DNA from: an archaeon CG10_big_fil_rev_8_21_14_0_10_43_11
GTDB lineage: Archaea; Nanobdellota; Nanobdellia; PEZQ01
Assembly: GCA_002763265.1 (NCBI GenBank)
Contig: PEZQ01000003.1
Span: 19,761-83,760, forward strand
Direction of reading: 5' to 3'
DNA length: 64,000 nt
Position 1 is the stretch's first letter. Each line of letters opens with the position of its first letter. The notes beneath the pieces were generated by a model. That model was not told the DNA's origin, ran no database searches, and saw only the letters and a program-made list of their open reading frames with translations. This document shows, piece by piece, positions 27,829-36,956 of this stretch. The position numbers and the translations under genes were made by a program.

Positions 27829-28620
27829 ATGGAATTCAGACAAGAAGGGTTTGAAACGCCTAATCTCGAATATTACCATGCACAAAATTTAGCTATAGCG
27901 CGAGAATTCGCAAAAAAACTTCACCAAGAGTTTGGAGAATTTCTACAAGTTGCTGTTCTCTTTGGTTCGACAACCAAAGAAACTATGGGCGCCGAAAGTG
28001 ATGTTGACATTCTTACGGTAATTGATGATGTGCGCATGAATCTTAGTCAGGAATTGCTTGACGCGTATCAAATCATCACTGAAAAAATCATTGTCGAAGT
28101 CTCAAACCGCTTGCACGTGCACACCATCGCGCTCACTTCGTTTTGGGAATTCACGCGAAATGGTGACCCGGTCATTATCAACATTCTTCGTGATGGTGTT
28201 GCGCTCATTGACCATGGATTTTTTAACCCAATGCAGCGCATGCTTTTCCAGGGCCGTATCAGACCATCTGGGGAGAGTATTCACAATTATGCGAGTATGG
28301 CGCCAAAAGCTTTGTTTAATGCAAACCTGAAAATGCTGCAAGCCGTGATTGATTTGTACTGGGGTGCAATAGACATTACGCACGCGTACTTAATGAAGCA
28401 GGGAGAAATTCCCCTGAGTCCTGAACATGTGGTTAAGCCCATGAGCAAGTACAAAGCATTCAAAAAAGAGGACCGCGAGCTTGTTGCGTACTTGTACGAG
28501 CTTACTAAAAACATTCTCTACCGCAAAAAAAATGTGATTTCTGGAAAAGAATTTGATATGCTTAAAAAACGAACAGAAGACTACTACGAGCGAATCAAAA
28601 AAGAACTTGGCATTTACTGA
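27829..28620 (+). CDS. Pol-beta-superfamily nucleotidyltransferase domain protein with a C-terminal helical domain (paralog A).
   Basis: NTase signature LFGSTTKETMGAESDVDILTVIDD (GS-x9-D-x-D). The segment FWEFTRNGDPVIINILRDGVALIDHGFF is shared with the paralog at 29888. Confidence 0.6.
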   Translation: MEFRQEGFETPNLEYYHAQNLAIAREFAKKLHQEFGEFLQVAVLFGSTTKETMGAESDVDILTVIDDVRMNLSQELLDAYQIITEKIIVEVSNRLHVHTIALTSFWEFTRNGDPVIINILRDGVALIDHGFFNPMQRMLFQGRIRPSGESIHNYASMAPKALFNANLKMLQAVIDLYWGAIDITHAYLMKQGEIPLSPEHVVKPMSKYKAFKKEDRELVAYLYELTKNILYRKKNVISGKEFDMLKKRTEDYYERIKKELGIY

Positions 28621-29573
28621 GCGTTTTCTTCAGTCCAATTATGCTCCTCTTCATTATAACGTCTTTGAACAAGAGGTTGTGTTTCAACGTGTTCTACGTC
28701 ATTGTGAGGAATCTGCGTTAGTTGAACATTATGTATTGGCTCGTTTTCAACCATGTTATCCTGTGCCACGTTTGTGTCTAGTATTGTATCTGCGTCCTGC
28801 AGGTATTGCGGAAACGCAGTCTCTTCTTGCACCGCTTCCGCTGAAGTCTCAGCTGAATTGTCTAGCATCTCTTCAAGATTAGATTCGTCTGATTCAGGTG
28901 TAACTCGTTGCTCTTGAGCCGGCTCATCTCTGCGTTGATATGGAATGTTGAGAATTTCTTCTTCATTCATATCTTCTGCAAGGAAGCGCTCGTAATCGTT
29001 AACGCCCGCGTTCTTTTTTCCAGTCATCATACGATAAAGTGAGAGAAGTAAATCAATACGAGCTGCAACAAGTTCTGCGTTTTCCATGTTTGCTTCAAGA
29101 CCTTCAGTAACCGAGTAATCCGGAAGAATTTTGAGTTTTGAAAAACTATCCCACCCCTTAACCATAAGTTCATACGCTGAAGTGTTCACTAACTCTTTTG
29201 CTTCGGTCTCTGTTTTTCCAAACACTTTTTGGAAAACTTTCCGGTACGCATTTGCACCTTCTTTAATGATACTTGTATCAAGGGTATTTTGATGTTCTTG
29301 TGATAAGTTGAGACGCCAAATAAGATAGTCTTTCCAGGCATCTTTGCGTTCCCCTTCAAGATACGCATTTGCATAGACGGGCATAGAAACAGCACCAATA
29401 ATATCAAAATTATCTACACCCGCAATAGTAAGCGCACCATAGGGCATCTCATGTTCAGTTGCTACAGGATTGATAAGATTAGGCCGAACGTTTCGCGCTC
29501 GTTGCGGTCTGCGAGCGTCTTCTTGAGCAGCAAGACGTTGCTCAAGGTCTGATTGGGATAGATTCATTGCCAT
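28614..29573 (-). CDS. Hypothetical protein with a highly acidic C-terminal tail.
   Basis: 319 aa starting at ATG, with a Glu/Asp-rich C-terminus. It is convergent with paralog A and overlaps it by 7 bp. Confidence 0.4.
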   Translation of the reverse strand: MAMNLSQSDLEQRLAAQEDARRPQRARNVRPNLINPVATEHEMPYGALTIAGVDNFDIIGAVSMPVYANAYLEGERKDAWKDYLIWRLNLSQEHQNTLDTSIIKEGANAYRKVFQKVFGKTETEAKELVNTSAYELMVKGWDSFSKLKILPDYSVTEGLEANMENAELVAARIDLLLSLYRMMTGKKNAGVNDYERFLAEDMNEEEILNIPYQRRDEPAQEQRVTPESDESNLEEMLDNSAETSAEAVQEETAFPQYLQDADTILDTNVAQDNMVENEPIHNVQLTQIPHNDVEHVETQPLVQRRYNEEEHNWTEENAQ

Positions 29574-29658
29574 ATTATGTTTCCCGCGCTAAGTATGTGA
29601 TAACTGCTTTTTAAGTATTGCGGTAGTGCCTTTAAAGCGTGCGCAAGAACATAAAGGG

Positions 29659-29680
29659 GACGGTCGCCGAAGCGACCGTT
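29659..29680. promoter_or_regulatory. Perfect 8-bp hairpin with a CGAA loop in a divergent intergenic region.
   Basis: The sequence gacggtcgc-cgaa-gcgaccgt is flanked by G-runs. It lies upstream of both divergent genes and so is not at a gene end. Confidence 0.3.
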
Positions 29681-29887
29681 TGGGGAGGGAATGTAGAAAT
29701 GACGCAATCCCAACAAATGTTAAGATTTTGTCACTTATGAGTGGTCAAAACTGTCTCAGAATATTTAAATGTTACGTTTTTTGAGACCTATTGAGACATA
29801 TTGGTGGTTTTTGCGCGCCTGCATACCAATAGAAACTTTTAAAAGAAAACCTGCGTACTTACTTGCTATACAATAAGGTAATTTCTT

Positions 29888-31021
29888 ATGCCAAAACAAT
29901 CAAAAGCAAAACAACCACAGAAACCAGAAGAACCATCTAAAGAAGATGTTCTTAAAGCTATGCAAGCCCAAAAAGCAGCCCAAGACGCAAACGTGCCAGG
30001 CATGGGAAACCTCTCTGGTGTTGAGCTTTTGCAAAAAATGCACCGCATGCAGGAAGAACTTGGCACAAAACAAGGAATGAAACGCACTGCAGGCGACATT
30101 CTCAAAGAACGTGAACTCAAAATCCTCAACGAGTACTCAGTAAAAGTTGTGCAAAAATTTGGCAGATATATCAAAAGTGTAGTTGCCTTTGGTTCAACAA
30201 AACGAGGCAAAAACTCAGACATTGACGTTGCCGTTATTGTTGATGATACTGATGTTACCCGTATGACGCGCGGACAACTCAAAGACAAACTCTTCCAGCG
30301 CCTTATTGAAGTAGCGTACGTCACTGACAAAAAAATACACCCCCAACCCTACTTGCTTACTGAATTTTGGGAATACATCCGCCATGGAAACCCGGTCATG
30401 TACACGGTGATGCGAACAGGCATCCCCTTATATGACACTGGCTTTTTTCTTCCTGTACAGCTTATTTTTAAACAAGGACTTATCACTCCTTCAAGCGAAG
30501 CAATTGACCGGCACATTCTCATGTCAGTAGAACTGCTTCGCCTCACTGAAGACATGCTTAATCGCAAACTCATTTACAACATGGAACAAAGCATTGTAGC
30601 AGCAGGCCAAGCCGTGCTCATGGAACGCGGGTACCGCCCCCCTGCACCGCGTGAAATTGCTGATTTTCTAGAAAAACTTGTTGGAGAAAAGTTGTTTGCA
30701 CAAAAATATGCCGATATTGCACGAGAAATTGTTGACGTGTACAAACAAACCGAACATGGCACGCTCAAAGAGATTAAGGGCAAAGCAATTGATGATTATC
30801 TTGCAAAAACAACTGATTTTGTGAAGAAAATGGAAGATGTTCTCTCAAAAGAACGAAAAAAGAAAGGCGAAACGTACAAATTTAAGATTGCTGAAGACAA
30901 AGAGAAAGAAGAAAGCAAAAAGGTTAAAAGAGAAGGACTCATAGATGTTGAACGCAAACCAGTAGCAGAAACTGCAGACGAATCACAAAAAATCATTGAA
31001 GAAGGTCTTGCACAACGATGA
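29888..31021 (+). CDS. Pol-beta-superfamily nucleotidyltransferase domain protein with a C-terminal helical domain (paralog B).
   Basis: VVAFGSTKRGKNSDIDVAVIVDD and EFWEYIRHGNPVMYTVMRTGIPLYDTGFF. It has a Lys/Glu-rich C-terminal tail. Its stop overlaps the L35Ae start in an ATGA arrangement. Confidence 0.6.
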   Translation: MPKQSKAKQPQKPEEPSKEDVLKAMQAQKAAQDANVPGMGNLSGVELLQKMHRMQEELGTKQGMKRTAGDILKERELKILNEYSVKVVQKFGRYIKSVVAFGSTKRGKNSDIDVAVIVDDTDVTRMTRGQLKDKLFQRLIEVAYVTDKKIHPQPYLLTEFWEYIRHGNPVMYTVMRTGIPLYDTGFFLPVQLIFKQGLITPSSEAIDRHILMSVELLRLTEDMLNRKLIYNMEQSIVAAGQAVLMERGYRPPAPREIADFLEKLVGEKLFAQKYADIAREIVDVYKQTEHGTLKEIKGKAIDDYLAKTTDFVKKMEDVLSKERKKKGETYKFKIAEDKEKEESKKVKREGLIDVERKPVAETADESQKIIEEGLAQR

Positions 31022-31299
31022 CAGACAAAAAAGTAGCAAAACAAAGCGCACGAATACTTAATTACCGTCAAGGTCGAAGAACCCAAACCCCAAACCAAAT
31101 CATTCTCAATATTGGGGCAAAAAGCAAAGAAGACGCAAACAAATACCTAGGCAGAAAAGTCGTGTACACCACATCAAGCGGAAAAGAACTCCACGGCGTT
31201 ATTACCCGTGTGCACGGAAATTCTGGCGCAGTTATTGCTCGATTTTCAAAAGGTCTTCCAGGACAAGCACTTGGCAAAGATGTAGCACTTTTTAGCTAA
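31018..31299 (+). CDS. rpl35ae: Ribosomal protein L35Ae.
   Basis: 93 aa with the L35Ae pattern ...GRKVVYTTSSGKELHGVITRVHGNSGAVIARFSKGLPGQALGKDV. Confidence 0.7.
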   Translation: MTDKKVAKQSARILNYRQGRRTQTPNQIILNIGAKSKEDANKYLGRKVVYTTSSGKELHGVITRVHGNSGAVIARFSKGLPGQALGKDVALFS

Positions 31300-31364
31300 T
31301 TATCCTTGCATAGTGGGGTTAGAGTACAAGTATTAATTTAAATTGTTCTCACAACAACTAGAGC

Positions 31365-33374
31365 ATGAACAAGCCCTTGCTCTCGTATAAACGAAAAACA
31401 CTTGCAGACCAGTTATCTGAGTGGGATCAAAAAACGCCTGTTTTGGACCATTTTTTCAAAGAAGGCAAAAATCAGCATTCTAATGAGTCACGAACAGTTC
31501 TTCTGATGAGCCAATACCGTGATGGTGTGATGGTAAGCGCAGATTCAATGACCTCAGCAGGCTTTCGCCAGGCAACTCTTTCGTCTCAAAAGGTCTCATA
31601 CCTTAATCCGCTTGTTATAAGCGCGGGAACAGGCTATGTTTATCCTCTCTACGAGATTGAAGCAATCACCCAACGTGCTTCAGCAAAAGAAATGGCTTTT
31701 CGCCAAATCTCGCTTGGCCTTGACAATCCAAAAAGCATTCCCCGCGTTGAGGAGCTTGCAGAATTCAGTTCCAGCGTATTCAAAAAGCTTGCATACTTTT
31801 ATCCTATGCACCTGGGTGTTCTTCTTATGGGAGGTATGAACGCAGAAAACCAGCCAGCACTTTATTCTTCAGAATCTCCTGGCGCCATGTTTCACTTTAA
31901 TAATGTGTTTGACCGGCATGCAGCAGGGGCGCATGATGCACCCCTTCTCTTTGCTGTTGATGGGTGCGGGTATAATGAGACTGGTAAAGAAATTCGCGAC
32001 CTTACTGAGGATGATACCTCTTTTTTCAAATACAAAACGCGCAACTCGTTTACGCGAGAAAAATCGCTTATTGCACACCTAAAAGCAACTACTGCGTCAT
32101 TTAAGGATAAAGACGGCAGCACTCAGGGTGTTGGCGGAAATGTGTATCTTGCCTACATCCACAACAATAATGGCCGGTTTGAGCCACACTTTGATGTGTT
32201 TGATTACAAAAAAATAACAACATGGAAAGACGAGTTTAACACGCTTGAGCTTCTTATCAAAAAAGATGAAGCAATTGATAATGTGGAGGGCATTGGTGAT
32301 ATTAATGCATTCATTGATTCCTTGCGTGCAGAATATAATGGAACCACACTCCAATACAATGGCGAACACAACCACTTTTCAGCGCCATTTACGCCGTTTT
32401 ACCGCGTTCAGGCGTTCAAGCCTGATACGCACCGATTGAATACAATTTTTGACATTAAAATCCCGCATTCAACTATGAAATTTAGCGTGTCAAAAACAGG
32501 AAGTGATTCATTTGATTCTGCGGCGTTTGGAAATGTATATGGAAAAGCGCTTGGCGCACTCAGACAAGGAGAAACACCCTTTGAACAGTCATCAATGCTC
32601 GCGTTCAAATTCAATTCAACCCCTGACCCGGTTGAACAAAATTCTTTGTTCAAAACACTTCCAAGTGTTGGCCTGTTCCGTCTTGACCCCCCACACCTGC
32701 GCAACTACGAGCACGCTACAATCCTTAACTTTGACTATGGCGAAGTTGGTTTCGGCTCGTTTTATGTGACGGGTATGCACAAACTTCTTTCACGAACCCC
32801 TGAAATCCTTGTTAACCAGCTTTTTATTGATCACGCACTTAGTGACATAACGCGAAACCTCCCTTTGCGCGCAAACATTGAAGAAAACTTTCCTGTGCTT
32901 GAAAGCCATCTTCGATATTACCTTGAATTTGATAGTGCAGACTTTTTGCAAGACAAATCAAGCGCGTATGTAGGCATTATTGGTGAAATACAAAATGACG
33001 CAACCATTAATTTGTGGGAAAGCTCGCCTCTTGGTGTTGGTTTTAGAAAAACCAATGACGCACTTGCAATCATGCCAGAACAAGCGCACGCATCAAAGCT
33101 TGAAGAACTCATGGTAAAACACGTTGTGAATAATGAACAGTCAAACCAGGATGATATTGCCCTTACCAAAGGCCTTGCTTATTTTGTTCAAGCTCACTAT
33201 CATGGACACGCACTGCGCTCATATGACAAGATTTCAAAAGATCTTAACACACGCCTTTCAATTCGGGTTCCCGCATTTAACCGCGCGTCATACAACAGCG
33301 TTGTGCAACAAAAGAAGAAAGAATGGTTTATTGACCGTTCTCTTAAATACCTCAAAAGCGTGACAAAACGATAA
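31365..33374 (+). CDS. Proteasome-beta-like Ntn-hydrolase domain fused to a C-terminal region of about 440 aa with unknown function.
   Basis: Residues from about 44 read T-VLLMSQYRDGVMVSADSMTSAGFRQATLSSQK, placing Thr1, Asp17 and Lys33 exactly as in 20S beta subunits. The segments ISAGTGYV and GVLLMGGMN match the beta-subunit GxxxD and GG motifs. No known domain was recognised in the rest of the protein. Confidence 0.6.
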   Translation: MNKPLLSYKRKTLADQLSEWDQKTPVLDHFFKEGKNQHSNESRTVLLMSQYRDGVMVSADSMTSAGFRQATLSSQKVSYLNPLVISAGTGYVYPLYEIEAITQRASAKEMAFRQISLGLDNPKSIPRVEELAEFSSSVFKKLAYFYPMHLGVLLMGGMNAENQPALYSSESPGAMFHFNNVFDRHAAGAHDAPLLFAVDGCGYNETGKEIRDLTEDDTSFFKYKTRNSFTREKSLIAHLKATTASFKDKDGSTQGVGGNVYLAYIHNNNGRFEPHFDVFDYKKITTWKDEFNTLELLIKKDEAIDNVEGIGDINAFIDSLRAEYNGTTLQYNGEHNHFSAPFTPFYRVQAFKPDTHRLNTIFDIKIPHSTMKFSVSKTGSDSFDSAAFGNVYGKALGALRQGETPFEQSSMLAFKFNSTPDPVEQNSLFKTLPSVGLFRLDPPHLRNYEHATILNFDYGEVGFGSFYVTGMHKLLSRTPEILVNQLFIDHALSDITRNLPLRANIEENFPVLESHLRYYLEFDSADFLQDKSSAYVGIIGEIQNDATINLWESSPLGVGFRKTNDALAIMPEQAHASKLEELMVKHVVNNEQSNQDDIALTKGLAYFVQAHYHGHALRSYDKISKDLNTRLSIRVPAFNRASYNSVVQQKKKEWFIDRSLKYLKSVTKR

Positions 33375-33377
33375 ATC

Positions 33378-35387
33378 ATGGAGCCACAACAGTACAGCGC
33401 AAAGGTGCTCTTGCACCTTCTTGACCTTCAAAAAGATACGTTTGAGCATGCGCAATCATCTCCTCTTAAATCAGCGTACGCGCGCTACCTTTCTGCAGTG
33501 TTTTCTGAAACCAATTCGTTTTACAAATATGTTGCAACAAGCATTGGTGAGAAAACACAAGATCTGCACTACTGGATTCGCATCAAAGACTCGCTTGATT
33601 TTGCTATCACTGCCTTAAGCGTTGCTGAATCAGGTCATGCCGTGCTCAAAGACTTAAGCAGGGATTCGCGTTCATTTAACCGGCTCAAAAACAATATGTC
33701 TCTTGAAGCGCTCAGCGAACGTACCGGCGCATCCTATGCGTCATGGCATGATGTTAAAGAGGATATTGACCGTCTTATTGCGTTTAATTATGGTGTGTGC
33801 GCAAAAACTATTACTGATGTTATTTCATTTTCAGATGACTTGTATGCATCTGTGCAATCACTTGGCTGGGACAGTACTGAAGCACTTGCAAATCTTGAAC
33901 TGCTTGAAAAAATAGAACTGCTCAAACGCAGAATTGCCGGGCAAGGCTCATTTGTTGAGCGAACCAATTTTGACTATTCACGATTATGGTCGCTTGTGTC
34001 AAAAAACAAGATTAACAAGGAAAACGCGCTTGAACTCTTTGATAAAACACTCACTAAATCGTTTAATGCGTTTAAACGAACCTATGAGAAAAAAGAATCC
34101 ATATTCAAAAAAGCCATTGGCGAAGTTGAGTTTATGGAAGAGAAACTCGGACACGTAAGCGTGCTCACAAGCATAATTGAAAATAATACCGGACCAATTA
34201 ACCGGTACAAAAAAACGTTTGAAAAAGTAATACCAAAGCTTGCCCAAACAAAACCGCTCTTTTATGCTCCTGCACTAGACCTTGTTTGGGACATGCTTAA
34301 TCAGACAAAAAATGCACTTTTTGATGTGTATACAAGTAAGAGCCAACGAGAAGACTATGGTCTTTTACCACTCAAGCCCCATGACCCTACCGCGGGTCTT
34401 AATAACGATGAGTGGCTTGCCTTCTGGAAGTTTATTGGACAAAGCACCATTAAAACTGCTGCGCTCTTTTGTGAACATGAACACATGCAGGTAACCGCAA
34501 CGCTTGAAGGTCTGCTTACCATTCCTGACGTTATTATTTCAGAAAAACAAGTCGAGCGCGCAAAGCCCGTTCTTTGCTCGCTTAATTCTGAACTTACCGC
34601 GCTTGCAAACCACCCTTTTTTTACGAGTGACACCTCAGAACTTGATGACATGTTTCTTAGCTCATTTAGTAAGGTGTATGCAATGAGTTACTTGGTCCGC
34701 TGGTTTAAAACAAAAAACGCAGAGAAACTGCCTGAAATTATAGAAGAAATCCAGCGTGAATTTGAAAACTCCCTGCCCGCTAATCCAAAAGAACGGGCAG
34801 AACACGTTTCGCGCGTTATAACTAAAATACATTCGCTTGTTGATTCCGAAAGGTATGGTATTCCTCTTGAAGAATCCCACACCATGCTAAGCGTGCTTGA
34901 TAAGTTTGCCCTTCATGATGGGGATAGCGTGATTGAAGACTTCTACACTGACTTTTATTCAAAATACAACAAATTCATGCAAAAATCAGAAGCATATGCA
35001 AGTGTTGCCCGCAAAGTTCCGACACTCGTTCCTGCGCTCAAAGAATCGCTTGAACAATCATTTGAAGCATTTAATTTTGAAGGCTACTACGAACACGTGA
35101 TTGCAGACTTGCTTCGAATGAAACACGCACTTGAAGAGCACAGCACAAAAATCACGCCAAACACGTATGACAAACGCCAACAAGACCTTATTTCAGGCGA
35201 AGAAACACTCTACTCTGATAACGTTGAAGTGCGCTGCTGGTTTCAGGCACTCTCAGCGCTCAATGATATAACAGAACCATACTCAGACCATGAAATCATG
35301 ATGGAGCTTTCAAGAAAAGCAAAGCACTTGCTTGATAACACCAAAGAAACCTCAAAAGCACTTGACCGACTGCGAACCATGAAATAA
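33378..35387 (+). CDS. Large all-helical hypothetical protein, co-operonic with the Ntn-hydrolase fusion.
   Basis: 669 aa, starting 4 bp after the upstream stop. No nucleotide-binding motifs were seen. Confidence 0.45.
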   Translation: MEPQQYSAKVLLHLLDLQKDTFEHAQSSPLKSAYARYLSAVFSETNSFYKYVATSIGEKTQDLHYWIRIKDSLDFAITALSVAESGHAVLKDLSRDSRSFNRLKNNMSLEALSERTGASYASWHDVKEDIDRLIAFNYGVCAKTITDVISFSDDLYASVQSLGWDSTEALANLELLEKIELLKRRIAGQGSFVERTNFDYSRLWSLVSKNKINKENALELFDKTLTKSFNAFKRTYEKKESIFKKAIGEVEFMEEKLGHVSVLTSIIENNTGPINRYKKTFEKVIPKLAQTKPLFYAPALDLVWDMLNQTKNALFDVYTSKSQREDYGLLPLKPHDPTAGLNNDEWLAFWKFIGQSTIKTAALFCEHEHMQVTATLEGLLTIPDVIISEKQVERAKPVLCSLNSELTALANHPFFTSDTSELDDMFLSSFSKVYAMSYLVRWFKTKNAEKLPEIIEEIQREFENSLPANPKERAEHVSRVITKIHSLVDSERYGIPLEESHTMLSVLDKFALHDGDSVIEDFYTDFYSKYNKFMQKSEAYASVARKVPTLVPALKESLEQSFEAFNFEGYYEHVIADLLRMKHALEEHSTKITPNTYDKRQQDLISGEETLYSDNVEVRCWFQALSALNDITEPYSDHEIMMELSRKAKHLLDNTKETSKALDRLRTMK

Positions 35388-35604
35388 AAAAGTGTTAACA
35401 GTTTACCATGTTCCCAAATTGAATTCAGTACAGATGATAACGCACATGGGCTTAACTTCCGAGTTCGAAAAGGGATCGGGTGTTTCCCCACACACTTTGA
35501 CCGTTAACGTTGAGCTACAAGTTATGAGGAGTATTTAAAGATTACTCAGGGGTGGGAGAGTGGGAAAAACCTTTAAGTGTTCTTAGCAGTATACTATTGG
35601 TACG

Positions 35605-36399
35605 TTGGAGAAACTGCTAATGACCAAATTTTCTTTAAAAAATATCGTTACCAGTGTGTTTGTTTTCACTGTTATTATTATTTTCATTGCCGTTGCTTTT
35701 GTTATAACAAAGAGCGTCTTCACGTCTCAGATAGGTAACCTGTTTGGAGGTTACTCTTTTGAGGATGTTCAAGTAACAACCACTACCTATGCATGCCCGT
35801 TAGACACAAATCTTAGCACGGGTTACGTGTATGTGAGAGGGTATGGTGATCATAATCCCAACACGTTTTCTTCGGGAAAAGAACTCATCAGCAATGCTCC
35901 GTTTTTTGATTTTGACTACGACCCGTCACGCACCCTTAGCGAGTTGAGTGCAGAGTTTATCTATCAATTCAATACGTTTGCCCAAAGCGCTGATGTTGAA
36001 AAACTTATTATCTTTGCACATAGCGCAGGCGGCGTGATTGCGTCTTTTTCAGCAAATAAACTTATCTTTGAGGGCGTGCTTGAGGTCCACACACTTGCCT
36101 CTCCGCTCAATGGCTATCATCTTTCTGAATCACTTATTGACTACTCTGGTTTTGCCAAAGAAATCGCGCTTGGGTTTTGGGCGTTTACAAAACCCGATGA
36201 AAACGTGCGCGTGTACCATCATAAAACAGTTGAAGATGCATCCTTACGCTCCTGGTGCGCCGTATTTTCTCGTTTTTGCGACCCACTTAAAATCCAGAAC
36301 AATAACGTGCCGGGCAGCGCAGAATATTATTATCCTGAACAAAACCATATCTCCATTGTAAGCCACGTCTCAAACGTAGTGATTAACTGCTATGCATAA
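35605..36399 (+). CDS. Membrane-anchored alpha/beta-hydrolase (lipase or esterase-like).
   Basis: An N-terminal TM segment and a nucleophile elbow IIFAHSAGGV (GxSxG). Confidence 0.55.
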   Translation: MEKLLMTKFSLKNIVTSVFVFTVIIIFIAVAFVITKSVFTSQIGNLFGGYSFEDVQVTTTTYACPLDTNLSTGYVYVRGYGDHNPNTFSSGKELISNAPFFDFDYDPSRTLSELSAEFIYQFNTFAQSADVEKLIIFAHSAGGVIASFSANKLIFEGVLEVHTLASPLNGYHLSESLIDYSGFAKEIALGFWAFTKPDENVRVYHHKTVEDASLRSWCAVFSRFCDPLKIQNNNVPGSAEYYYPEQNHISIVSHVSNVVINCYA

Positions 36400-36470
36400 G
36401 CTTTCATTTGGTTAAAGATTCCACCTGCAACACGCGTGTGAGCCGTGAAAAACATATTTAAATTCCTGAC

Positions 36471-36911
36471 TTGCTCCTAGCTTCAATGGAAGTTATGTTT
36501 GTTCCTGAAATCTACGTGTATGGTGAGAAACATGACTGTCAAGAATGCGTTTCACGCGAACACTTTTATCTTAGTTATCTGCGCGCCGAATACCCTGAAG
36601 CCCTCGTTGGCGTGGGTCTTGAAATTCTTGTACACAAAGGAAAACAAGACTATAAACAACTGCGCAAATTTCAAAAAAAACATGCACGCGTTTTTGAAGC
36701 AGCACGCGAAAATGGTTTTGATGTGCTTGCCCTTGGCTTTCCTGAGCTTCCTTTTTTTGACCACCTCAAACGACTTGGAGAGCGCATCCGTGATGCTGCA
36801 CAAGACTATGACCTCTTTGTAGCAATTGTGGGCATGGATGACTATGAATATTTTGAATCCCTCCCTCGTGTTCAAGGATGTTATTATATCCCAATCCACC
36901 TCTTACATTAG
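36471..36911 (+). CDS. Hypothetical protein.
   Basis: 146-aa ORF. No family recognised. Confidence 0.35.
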   Translation: MLLASMEVMFVPEIYVYGEKHDCQECVSREHFYLSYLRAEYPEALVGVGLEILVHKGKQDYKQLRKFQKKHARVFEAARENGFDVLALGFPELPFFDHLKRLGERIRDAAQDYDLFVAIVGMDDYEYFESLPRVQGCYYIPIHLLH

Positions 36912-36956
36912 CATCGCCCAAAAGGCTTTTATAGCGTCATACCGTCAGGGTGCGCA

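Noticed and set aside
31636-32704. Several 64-98-aa ORFs on both strands inside the Ntn-hydrolase fusion gene.
   Set aside because: They lie in a long, uninterrupted 669-codon frame with a conserved N-terminal domain, so they are shadow ORFs.
35388-35604. Possible tRNA, perhaps intron-containing, because of a ttcgaaa T-loop-like string.
   Set aside because: I could not build an acceptor, D, anticodon and T-arm cloverleaf on either strand. The interval is kept only as an unexplained non-coding finding.
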